NCBI RefSeq assembly: GCF_037042905.1
Contig: NC_087245.1
Span: forward strand, 5,024,001 to 5,088,000
Length of the DNA stretch: 64,000 nucleotides
Source of the DNA: Lytechinus pictus
Lineage: Eukaryota
Direction of reading: 5' to 3'
This document shows positions 54,201 to 64,000 of the stretch, piece after piece (positions within the stretch are counted from its first letter, which is position 1; every line of letters starts with the position of its first letter). The notes beneath the pieces were generated by a model, which worked only from the letters and a program-made list of their open reading frames with translations, did not search any database and was not told where the DNA came from. Made by a program: the position numbers and the translations under genes.

Positions 54201-55778
54201 GCTTCGACTAATAATTTGAATTTATTTTTCTTTAAAAAGAGAGCTCAAACAGGGCCTTTGTAATACAATGTATGTATACAAATCTAAGAAATTGACAACT
54301 GATAGAATATATTAAAACTTCATTTTCGTCCTTCTTGATACTTGAAATAAATTGCATACAATTCTACATACATATTTTACACTCAGCTGCTCATTCCTTC
54401 TAAAAAAATGTAATCACATGTCCATTGTCTCTCAAATCAAAAGCTACATATTATAACAAATTGTTGAAACAATAGAATACATAAGGAATTGGTGAAACAA
54501 TCAAATACATCAGAAAAAAACACACATATTTTTATTTGGTCATACAAAGTACAAAATAATTTTTTTATATGTAAAAAAGGACCCCCGTACATACAAAATT
54601 ACAATACTAAGTTGAAAAAGAGCTTGTAATTTATATCAGAAAAACAAAGAAATACATTAGAAATTACAAAAACAATACTTTAGACAAATTTATTAGGAAA
54701 TTATCTACATGATGCTGTTTTGATGCCAACTAAATTATATGAATTATCTATCATAATCACCTTCATTTGGCAAAATAAAGAGGCGAGTAATTGTGATTTT
54801 CTGTTTGCATAATTAATTAGAATTAATTAGAAGAAATTATTTTAAACAGAATAAGAAAGATTACAAGATGAATTGATGCACATCAATTGAGCCTTCTCTC
54901 ACCTTTCCATTGATACCTAAATTACTTCATAGGGTTCAAAAACAAAGAAGTTAGAGCCTGTTGAAGACTTGGGTTCAAAATGGTCACAAAATGGTCACAA
55001 AAATCGGTTCTGTACTCCATTGACTTTACATACAGACAATGACCACAAATTTGGATCAATATGTGCGACTTAAACTGGAATAACTTTATAATTTCTTGAT
55101 GAAAATTAAAGTTCTTGGTATCATTTTAAAGGTCTTTTTAAGAGCTTTCAAGTGATACCAAATTTATTCATATTTGATGATTTTCATTTTTTTTGTCACA
55201 TACCTACAATTAGAAAAAGTTTTATCGGTGAGCTCGCAACATCAGTTTTCGTGTACAAACAGATATAAATTACGAAACTGCCGTTTCATCGAACTCGCTA
55301 CCCTTTGACTTGTTTGCACCTTTGCTTTGCCAAATTGGTCGATCGCGTATCTATCACGTGATGCGTGACGACTGTGAAAAAGATGTCATGCCGACCTCGA
55401 GAATGGGAAGGGTTTTAACTTGAAGGCTCCATGATGAAAACGTATATTCAAAAATATCACGGAGTCCTCAAGGCTATCCGCAACCAAAGCCTCAAAGGCA
55501 TGCATGCCATGGCCAGCGAAGCCGAAGCGAAGCTCCCGCGTTACATTCTCCCACGAATCAATACATGGAAATACACTGGTGGGTCTGAAGAAATCTACAA
55601 ATTACATCACCACTAATATTTTAAAGAGTTTTAAGCCATTCACACAATTAATAGAAATCATTGAAAATGTATGAAAAACAAAACAAAATCTCTTACACAA
55701 TAACAAAATATATTTTTTGAATAAAGAAGCTGCATAATAGAAAAAATAGGGCAATAATTACTCACTTGCAACAGACAT
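42740..55778 (-). CDS. UQCRB: Cytochrome b-c1 complex subunit 7 (ubiquinol-cytochrome c reductase binding protein), 4 exons, 108 aa
   Basis: Exons 55778-55766, 45109-45041, 44512-44346, 42817-42740 splice to [108 protein letters not shown]. Confidence 0.93.
43290..44034 (-). mobile_element. Deleted DNA transposon carrying a SAP-domain-like ORF remnant, in UQCRB intron 3
   Basis: 22-bp perfect TIR CAATTCTCGCTACCCCAAATAG; minus-strand peptide [25 protein letters not shown]. Confidence 0.75.
44346..44512 (-). CDS. UQCRB: UQCRB exon 3 (LRRDDTL...WTKFEE)
   Basis: Conserved QCR7 core [25 protein letters not shown]. Confidence 0.97.
45041..45109 (-). CDS. UQCRB: UQCRB exon 2 (..[15 protein letters not shown])
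   Basis: Poly-T-cag acceptor, gtaag donor; RKWYY..GFN.LG motif. Confidence 0.94.
45502..46077. mobile_element. TTAA-family MITE
   Basis: AGGGGTACTCCGGGCTG...CAGCCCGGAGCATCCCT. Confidence 0.8.
50496..50689. repeat. Perfect 97-bp tandem duplication
   Basis: 50496-50592 equals 50593-50689. Confidence 0.9.
51497..51891. mobile_element. TTAA-flanked Kolobok-like MITE
   Basis: AGGTAAATGCTAGT...ACTGGAATTTATCT; TTAA on both sides. Confidence 0.7.
52709..55206. mobile_element. 2.5-kb non-autonomous DNA transposon with TAGGTATGTG TIR and CAATTAG duplication
   Basis: TAGGTATGTG/CACATACCTA; CAATTAG at 52702-52708 and 55207-55213. Confidence 0.75.
55766..55778 (-). CDS. UQCRB: UQCRB exon 1 (ATG TCT GTT GCA A)
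   Basis: Strong donor gtgagt; phase 1 matches exon 2; lies in a CpG-rich bidirectional promoter. Confidence 0.75.
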
Positions 55779-55932
55779 TTTTCAGCTTTCGAGATCCAAT
55801 GGCGCGCAATGATTTATGGGAAATAATCGAGAGTCTATTTCCGGAATGTCGGCTGCTCCGCTCTGTTCAATTCAAGTCAACAAGTGCAAATAAACATAAG
55901 ATTATCATTCGCGACCTCTGAATAACAGGAAA
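55779..55932. promoter_or_regulatory. Bidirectional promoter/5'UTRs shared by UQCRB and HS1BP3
   Basis: 154 bp between divergent ATGs; CCAATGGCG (CCAAT/YY1-like) and TTCCGGAA (ETS-like) motifs; locally CpG-rich. Confidence 0.75.
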
Positions 55933-55958
55933 ATGAATAAAGCGATCGTAACACCGAG
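55933..55958 (+). CDS. HS1BP3: HS1BP3 exon 1 (MNKAIVTP-R)
   Basis: ATG in AAAATG context; phase-2 donor AG|gttcgt matches the phase of the next exon. Confidence 0.75.
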
Positions 55959-58900
55959 GTTCGTTGATTTTTTTTATTTCCTTAATTGTAGATCAGCTAT
56001 GAGCGATTTACGGGAGTAGTTTGAACATAATTTTGTATGAATTATTGAATAGATCTACGCCCACCTGAAAATGTATTTAGTCCCATACGTTGAATATTTT
56101 GTAGTAACTAATACAAATGGCGCTCCTCTTCTAGTAGCTAGTGTGCCACTCATGCTCATTCAATCATAAACAAGGTTATGACATGACCTTGTTCTCTCTT
56201 TAGTGTTACAACTCCCTGTGTTGGAAATAAGGTTATCACTTTTTGGCTTATTTTCTCTTGTTCTTGGGTACAAATGGCATGCTTGATTTTTTGTCACACT
56301 CACTGTCAATTACTGAATTAGTCATTATTTACTATCATGACTATAATTTAGTGTCATGACACACTCTCTAGCCACTCCTGCAATTTAAGACACAATTATC
56401 TAAATTGGGTTTTTAAATGGGCTCTAAGACTAGTAAGAGCCTCCTTAACCCTGCCACACTCATCTGTACACCCTTGTCATAAAGACAGTGAGATGTGGCC
56501 ATCAAGCTTTTAAGGTAACTTCAACTTCAAGTTCAAGTTCAACATGTTCAAGGTAACTTGCGACAAACCATGTCGCGGTAGACAGCTGCACATTCTCTTT
56601 TATTTATTACGATAGTCAGTGGCGTACTCACACAAGCATGCGAGGTTAGTCGTACTAACCTCGCACAACGCATGTCATTTCATAGTGAATTTTGACGTTT
56701 TCATTCATCACACGAATGTGAGAGAATGAAACACGCCAAAATCTTCACAATATACTAAATTTATTCATCTACATCTTATCATTTAATTTAATTTTAAAAA
56801 TGTGCTCGAACGTATTTATAAAAAGGGATTTTAAACGCTTACCTCCAAATCTCAGCCAAGACACTCCGTCCGATCCTTAATACTGCGGTGGAAATTACGC
56901 AAACAACAATCGAAATGCGAATTTTTCCTATCGAACAGTTTAGATTCAAATCGTCGGCGCATAATATGAAATTGTACCAAAAAAATCAACAGGTTGCATC
57001 TCACGTATAATCGCTGATGGCGCTACATCATAAAATAACACTGAACAGCGAAAAAAAATGCGGAGCGCCTAGAACGCAACCAGCAGTACAGCTGATCTGA
57101 CGTAAACAAGCAAGTTTATTAAATAATATCGCGCGCCCTCTCTGTGCGTATAGAGAAAACCAGCAAATAAGCTGCATGCCTGCTTCGACATCAAGAAAAA
57201 TCATTGATATAAAGTACCAGAAAGACAGAGAGGAAATGAAATTGGCTTCATATCCAATTTGAATTTTTTTAAAGTGTATTTTGTGCTGCATAGATCTACA
57301 TATACATGTAGATTCCCCACAGGCAGGGTGGTTGCAGTGAACAAATGTATGCTATCTGCGCATCAGTCATTCACACTAATACGAGGTTTGTATGCATCTA
57401 GGCTTAGCAATTGCATACAATCATTTCTGTCTGCTTTGAGAATGGACTGGATACGTATTTGAGATGTGAACCAGTAAAATTCAACTTCAAGTTTGATGCT
57501 GACCCATCCAGGTTATGATCCAACCAACCTAGTTTAGACTAAGGTGTAAATTCAAGAGGAGACAGAATATGGAACTGAATACTTAAGCCTGCATTCAGAA
57601 GCATCCATAAGTGTATAATACTAACTTACAGATGGAAAATTTCGGTCGGGGGGGGGGGGGGCACTCAGTATATAATGCATAGTGGGTATGTGCCGCGGAG
57701 GGGACCCCCATTTTTACACTCAAATTTCCGTTCCAAGGCATAGCATTTTTGTCTTATTGAGAAAAAGAACACAGAAAGCCGCTCCAAAGCATAGCATTTT
57801 CTTCTTATCGAGGAAAAAGAAGAAAGAAATCCGCTCCAAAGCTTCGCATATTTTCCGTTACGCCGTTCCGGCCGTATTGATCTGCTACAATGAGCCGCAA
57901 TTTTGGTGAAAAGCGGTCGCAAAGCGCTGTCCGACCATCGCCTCTGCGCTAGCGCACCCGGCGCCCGTGCCGCCGGGCTATAGCTGCATGCACGTATGCC
58001 CATTCCATAGGGATGAATACGCACTCACAAGCAGGCGACCCGTTCCAAGGACCCCCGTTTTCACACACATTTGTAGTTCCGAAGCCCGTTCCGAGGACCC
58101 TCCTTTTTACAATAAGCCCGCTCCAAGGCCCCCGTTTTTTGTCTCGCCCGCGGCACAGACCTACTACTTTTTTGGTCGAGTGCCCCCCCGGGCTATATCT
58201 GGTAACAGTTTGTGCTTAATTATATGTCCAAGTTTTAGACATTCCTAGTACCAATAATGAGGTCAATATTACAGTATTGACCTCATATAGTCAATAGCCC
58301 CCGACAATAGGGCAGATATGACCTCAAAGGCAACAATAAACGGGGGAATTTGTAGAAAGCCTTCCCGCGGTAACACAGAAATGCACACAATGATGAAGAC
58401 AAGGCTTGTCGGTGGGATGAATTGTCTGATGATTTTATTTTTTTCTTTTAGTTATTATTTTTTTTAGTGAAATTAGATATTGTCAGTTTAGGTATAACAA
58501 ATTATATCTAAGGTTAATATTGTTATGAGATATAGGCCCTATAAGGATTTTGTACAATGGTGCTTGAAAGTCCAACTACTCTGGCAGCTTTTTTTACCTT
58601 ATTAATAATAATAATAATACCAACATGCTTATAGCGCATATCACTGCCAAATACGTCCCTAAATGCGCTTTTGAAGGAGACAGAAAAGGCAAAGAAAATG
58701 CCCCCTAGAGTGGTTTTTCTAATAGATCATGATAAATTGAGATATGTGTGAATGTGATTGGGGATGTCTGATGAATGCACGGGGGGGGGGGGGGGGGGGG
58801 GGGGCACTGTGTGCACGGGGGGGGGGGGGGGGGCACTGTAACTATTGATTATTATGACTGACCAGAAAAGAAAATGTTAATGTTGTTTATTTTCAGTACT

Positions 58901-61900
58901 AATTTGTGGTGTGGTGCTTATGAATACTTACAAATGCTTGTGAATGCAGGTTTAAGCTTCTGTATCACATATCTAAATTCTCTTTAGCCTTGGCTTGACC
59001 ATGTCCTGTAGTGTTGGGTCATTTTGGTTAGCATTGAATTTGTATTTCACTGGATAAATCATTACGTTTTCAAAAGGAGATTTAAAAAAAATTTACTTTA
59101 ATAACCACAATACTTAGTTCTTTTTTTATACTTTAGGCTTTACCTTTAGTTGTTTATATAATGTTTTAGGTGTTGTATTATAAGCGTTTTATATAATTTC
59201 TATTAGCTCTTTGTCATTGGCAGCACCAAAAAGGCTCTTCTGCCTTTAAGCCAACTCCTCATTCAATAATTATTTCTATTTTGTGTGTCTTTATATTAAC
59301 ATGTTTGTAAATGTATGTTTAATGCATGAATGAAATAAATGCATATTAATGAATAAATCTTCATATACCTGTCCATTCTGCGGACACCAATATCGAGTGA
59401 GTGAAATGTGCCAAAATGAGAAAAAAGACATCTTAATATGTAACAAAGAAAATATTAATAATATAAGTGATAATAGTTTTCCACTGCATTATATATTCAT
59501 CAGAACAATAATCTCTAAAATCATTACAGATATAACGTTACCCTAGTTATCGGATTCTAGATTGACTCCTTACAATATTTTCACTTTCTCCACTCTCTGG
59601 GGAGCATTCAAGCACATGTTTCCAAACTATCCAGTGTAGCTGCTGTACTCATTGAAATAATTTAAAGTCATTGATAAAACTTTCATCTTGATGTGTCTTT
59701 AGAACTCTGAAGAATACAGAGACAGGAATTGATATCACTGTGCCAGAATATCGCTCCATCACCAAACTTCTTTCAACTCAAGAAGAATATCATGTCATCA
59801 TCATCACCAGCTTGCCGTACTTTAAATCGCCAGACCATAAGCCAGAGGATGTGGTCCAGTTTATGGTCAGTTTATTTTATTATTATCGTGTCTTCATTTT
59901 TCTCATAAAACATTAAAATGAATAGGATCTAGTAATGATTGAAGAACACTATTAATTTTCAACATACACACCTACATACACCCTCCCATTGGGATTAATG
60001 CCCTTTATATATGTGGCCTTGTTCTAGTTTACCTCTATCTTTCTTTAGGATATTTGGATATATTTTATTTTATTAGTTTCATTGAAAAAGAGTTTGATCT
60101 TCCATTAGTAATGACATTTACTCACAAACAGAATCATAATTCATGGGGGGGGGGGGGGGGTTAAGAGCTGACAGGGAGAGAAGACAATGCCTCTCTTCAT
60201 AGATGGATTCACCACCATACCAAGGTGACTCATGCTCATGATTATATTCCTTTTAATACATGCAGGTGCCCAAATGGTACAATGATTTTGAATCGTTACA
60301 CAAGGCCATGAGTGATCGTTACCCAGCCACCATCTTCCCTGATTTGCCAAAGAAAGTACTCATGGTCCGAGACAGCACTCCGCAGGGAAGGCGGGCTGCC
60401 TTTGAAAAACTGATGCAGTTCATTGCTTCAAGTCCCAAAGTTTGCTGCTCTCCTATTCTACTGGATTTCTTAGGTAAGCAAAAAAGGAGGGCATCCTTTC
60501 ATTCTAAAAAATGGGGAGGCACAAGGCTACTTTGGTCTAACAGGGAAGGGGAAACATCCCCTCTGTGTCATGAGGATGAGATATGTGCCAGAATGGGGGA
60601 GGGGGGCATATGTTTGTTATTGTTATTAGCATTTAAGCACATTTGAAGCAGGGGTTGCGGAACGGTTTCCAAGGTGGGGGGGGGGGGGGCTGACCATGCA
60701 AAAAATCACAATCATATGGTCATTTTTACGTTTTTGTACACGGTTTTTGGAAAAAAGTGGGGGGGGGGGCTGAAGCCCCCCAGCCCCCCTCCCCCCGCTT
60801 TTGCGGCCCCTGTGAAGTACAGAAATGTGAACCGGTGCATTACAAATATCCATATTATTATTGTTATTAATTTTAAGAGGACAAGATAAAGCAGATTAAA
60901 GTGCTTAAATCCTGTCAGAAGCTTTGATAAAGCATTGATCAGTAATGTGAAATTTACTTGTGTATTATCAAACAACATTCCAATTATTCCAAAGTGTAGT
61001 AGCTGTCATTTTTTTTTGTCAGTGGATGATTCTTCATGAAAATCTGAATTAGGATTTTTTTTAAATATCTAACCCCCTCTCATTGTTTTTCCTTAAAAGG
61101 GGCCTCTAAGGCGTGCATTAAAACTTTAGTGATTGGATATCAAAAAGCTGCAGACAAGTTTTATATCCTAAAATTGTAAACCTATTCCATGCCTGAAAAG
61201 AAAAGAAGTTTTGTACAGAAAAAATGCAGACATTTCATTTTGTTCAGGCACCCAATAATAAGTGAATAATTATGTATCATATATTAATATCAAATGAAAG
61301 AAGAGGAAATCAAAATTGACATAATTGCAAGAACATTCTTTTTTCTATGCCATCAAAATATAAGCATAAGACTCTCCATGTAACATTCTATATACAATAA
61401 GATAAGATGAGATAATTATTTAAATAAATTATCTCTATAGAAGTGGGAGAAGTCATGTCTGTTTTGTTGCATAAAATCACACTGTAAGCTTATCAATAAA
61501 CATGAAAAAAATGAACAAACCCAGCATTAAAGCAAAAATAAAATTGAAAGGTTTTTTTATGATGATTGAATGAAGAGCTTCTTTAAAATGGAATTGAAGA
61601 AATTGAAATTGAAAAAAAATGTGGCATCATATTTTCATATCTTGTAATCCATTTTACATCTTAATTTGATGAAATATTCAATGTTTGGAATAGTTGATGA
61701 TGCCTTTTCATTCATTCCTATTTTAATATTATGAATTATGATGCACTTGACCTTTGATGAAAAGTGCAGTTGCTGTACATATGCCATATATAGCTAATAT
61801 TATCGACTAAACAGTCCTTAACATTGAAAGGGGTTTGCGTGAAACAATAAAATCATGACCTGTTAGTCTTTGATAAGAGGGGAGCACCTGTATGACCTCT

Positions 61901-64000
61901 TTACATACAAGTGTTAAAGCTATGTTCACATGGTACCTAAATAGTTGTATATTTGTGTAATAATATTACATTCATGAATGACAATCAAATTATGGGCTCA
62001 GGAGGCATGAGTACTTAAAGTTGAAGTTTACTTCAACCAAAAGTGGATTCCAATGAATAGAGAAAAAAAAATCAAATAAGGATAGTGCTTAAACTACACC
62101 AAACTCTTCCTCTAAATTTAACTTCAAGCCATGAGAGAGTTTTTATTCAACCCTAACTTTGAAATTCATTGTTTATTTACAGTCATATAAAGATCGCCCT
62201 CTGCTGTTTAAAGTTTCCACAATTCTTTCATGATCAATCATGATTTGAAGCTTAGAGTATGAGCTGTAAAATATTCATATTCAAACTAAGAGATTGGTGT
62301 GCAGTTTAATTTCACAATTGGACATTTAATATGATTTGTCATGTGAACTGCTCTTTAGACAAAACCATCTTAACTTCCTTCCTGTCTGTTTATAATCACA
62401 CATCCTTTGCAGGTGTACCACAATCTAAAATAGATGCTGTTGAGGGACAGGGAAAAGAATCAGATACTGGAGGACATGGAGATGGTGCACCCAAGGATGA
62501 AAAGGGTGATCTTAAATCTCCCACAAAGCAAGTGTTTTCAGAGATTTTTGTCAACCTGGTTATTTTTGTGTTTTAAAAGTTTCAAGGCTGGAAAATGACT
62601 GATGGAACAAACTTATTCTTTAGTTTCTTTATTATGAGGTTTACTTTTTAATAGTTGATATTATATGATCTAGCATGTGTTTCCAAGTAATGACCAAAAA
62701 TTTTCATTATCAAAATTTCTTCTGAGTTTGCATACTTGAGACAGATATATTTTCCTGGATAATTGTTGTAATTAATTGGAATTTCTGTCAGGATTTACGC
62801 CAATAGGCAGGTCTAATTTGATCCTGGGATAATCTTTTGAATACAATTTGAACATAGCATACAGCAATACAAAGAAATCCACACATCATTGAAACCATTC
62901 GCTGTTTCTCATTAGCCATTATTTGGAAGTATTGTTATATAAAAAATCTACAGAGGAAGTTGTGATGTAATATATACAAAGATAGAATTAGGTCATGATA
63001 TATCTGAAAGTAAAAACAATCTGGAAGTATTTGTAAAATAAGGTATTAAAAGCTTCTTCATTATACAGCAGGTTACACAAATGATCAACCAACATTGAAA
63101 TTAAATAAAAACATAGCTTTCTTTCCAAAAAACATCCACAAATAAAATATTTCGTTCCACACAGACAGAAAATTATTATTATTCTTGGATCATCAAAATA
63201 CAGTTCATATGATGATGCATTGGTAGAGCTAGGATTACCAACTATAATGTCCCAAAGAGAAAAACTTACTCAAGATTTTGCTATTTGTTTTGAATAAAAT
63301 AACTTATGTCAGTCTTGGTTACCTCCTCAAAGAAATAATAATTTTCTTTGAAATGCAAACACATATACAGAATTCAAATACAAGACAAACAGATTTAGAA
63401 ACAGTGCCCTCCCTAATCTTGTATGTGTGCTTAACATATATTGCGAATCATAAATGAAATAATTTGAAAATTCTTAAATGTTTAAATTATATACATGCTT
63501 AGCGATTGTGAATTCTTTTTAATAACCATTGACTTATTGTGTTTTTAAAAGTTTTATTATGAATAATTTTATGCATTCTCGTGTTGTTTATTCATCTTTA
63601 TCAAAAATTTACTGTGCAAATGTATGTGAATAATTTCAATTGTCTCTGTATTTAACTTACCATGTATTTTTAATTGATACCCTGTAAAGCATGTGTAATT
63701 CATTTTTTTACTGCGATACATATCTATTGAATAAACCATTAAATGATAATGAAAATAAAATGTGTTCTCAAATTCAGAAGGCTGCAGGTTCACCACACAT
63801 TGAGTGCCCATATCTTGTTTTAAACCTGCTTCTCATACAAACAAAAAATTTTATGATGTTTTGATTGCGTTCAGACTGTAGTAAGTTTTTTATATTAACC
63901 TTTTTTCAACAGGTCAGTAAAAAGTCAGAGCTCAAGCCTTTTTGGTGATGAAGATTCTGATGATGAACTTTTTAAGACTGACAAAGGTGATGTAGATGAA
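55933..64000 (+). CDS. HS1BP3: HCLS1-binding protein 3 (PX domain plus acidic LF-motif tail), 5' part; continues beyond the window
   Basis: Exons 55933-55958, 59703-59865, 60266-60473, 62413-62527 and 63913-end give MNKAIVTPRTLKNTETGIDITVPEY...FKSPDHKPEDVVQFMVPKWYNDFESL...LPKKVL...SPILLDFLG..., matching the HS1BP3 N-terminal PX region (FKSAKHRPEDVVQF in human). Confidence 0.9.
57647..58192. mobile_element. CCCGGGG-terminated MITE (second copy) in HS1BP3 intron 1
   Basis: Highly similar to 22211-22744. Confidence 0.85.
59703..59865 (+). CDS. HS1BP3: HS1BP3 exon 2
   Basis: ttag|A TLKNTETGIDITVPEY...HKPEDVVQFM|gtcag. Confidence 0.93.
60266..60473 (+). CDS. HS1BP3: HS1BP3 exon 3 (PX core)
   Basis: gcag|VPKWYNDF...RRAAFEKLM...LLDFL G|gtaag. 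Confidence 0.93.
60649..60812. mobile_element. MITE, CAGGGG family, 5-bp TSD TGAAG
   Basis: Same family as 626 and 38321. Confidence 0.85.
62413..62527 (+). CDS. HS1BP3: HS1BP3 exon 4 (probable GC donor)
   Basis: Phase-1 acceptor ttgcag; VPQSKIDAVEG...KSPT; only AA|gcaagt keeps frame with the next exon. Confidence 0.75.
63913..64000 (+). CDS. HS1BP3: HS1BP3 exon 5 (SVKSQSSSLFGDEDSDDELFKTDKGDVDE, truncated by window)
   Basis: Poly-T-caacag acceptor; LF-acidic motifs. Confidence 0.75.

Larger units (their letters stand above)
50817..57141. repeat. Old inverted repeat pair flanking the UQCRB/HS1BP3 promoter
   Basis: 50817-50976 plus 52245-52647 align with the reverse complement of 56626-57141. 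Confidence 0.85.

Noticed and set aside
58775..58840. Long poly-G runs as G-quadruplex/regulatory element
   Set aside because: Poly-G tracts are ubiquitous in the MITEs here, and homopolymer length is unreliable.

Overview
This is eukaryotic, AT-rich, intron-containing animal DNA; the repeat landscape resembles sea urchin/invertebrate deuterostome sequence (inference). Three spliced genes could be assembled by hand. (1) Squalene synthase FDFT1 (+, 8 coding exons, 26921-34333, 410 aa), with a probable non-coding first exon and SRE/CCAAT-like promoter near 21.8-21.9 kb. (2) UQCRB (-, 4 exons, 55778-42740, 108 aa). (3) The PX-domain gene HS1BP3 (+, from 55933, running off the window end). UQCRB and HS1BP3 are head-to-head with only 154 bp between their ATGs. 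That shared promoter sits almost exactly at the centre of a pair of old ~500-bp inverted repeats, each carrying an inward-facing splice donor and two conserved hairpins. The rest is dominated by non-autonomous DNA transposons (hAT-like with 8-bp TSDs, TTAA/Kolobok-like, CACTA-like, Harbinger-like, a 5-bp-TSD MITE family, a Helentron/HINE-like element), a solo LTR and a CR1 LINE fragment. These include a 5.3-kb Russian-doll nest of foldback elements inserted at each other's symmetry axes and an interleaved A-B-A'-B' inverted-repeat block. Most ORF-track entries are spurious. All coordinates and alignments were read by eye; TE superfamily assignments rest on termini and TSDs only.
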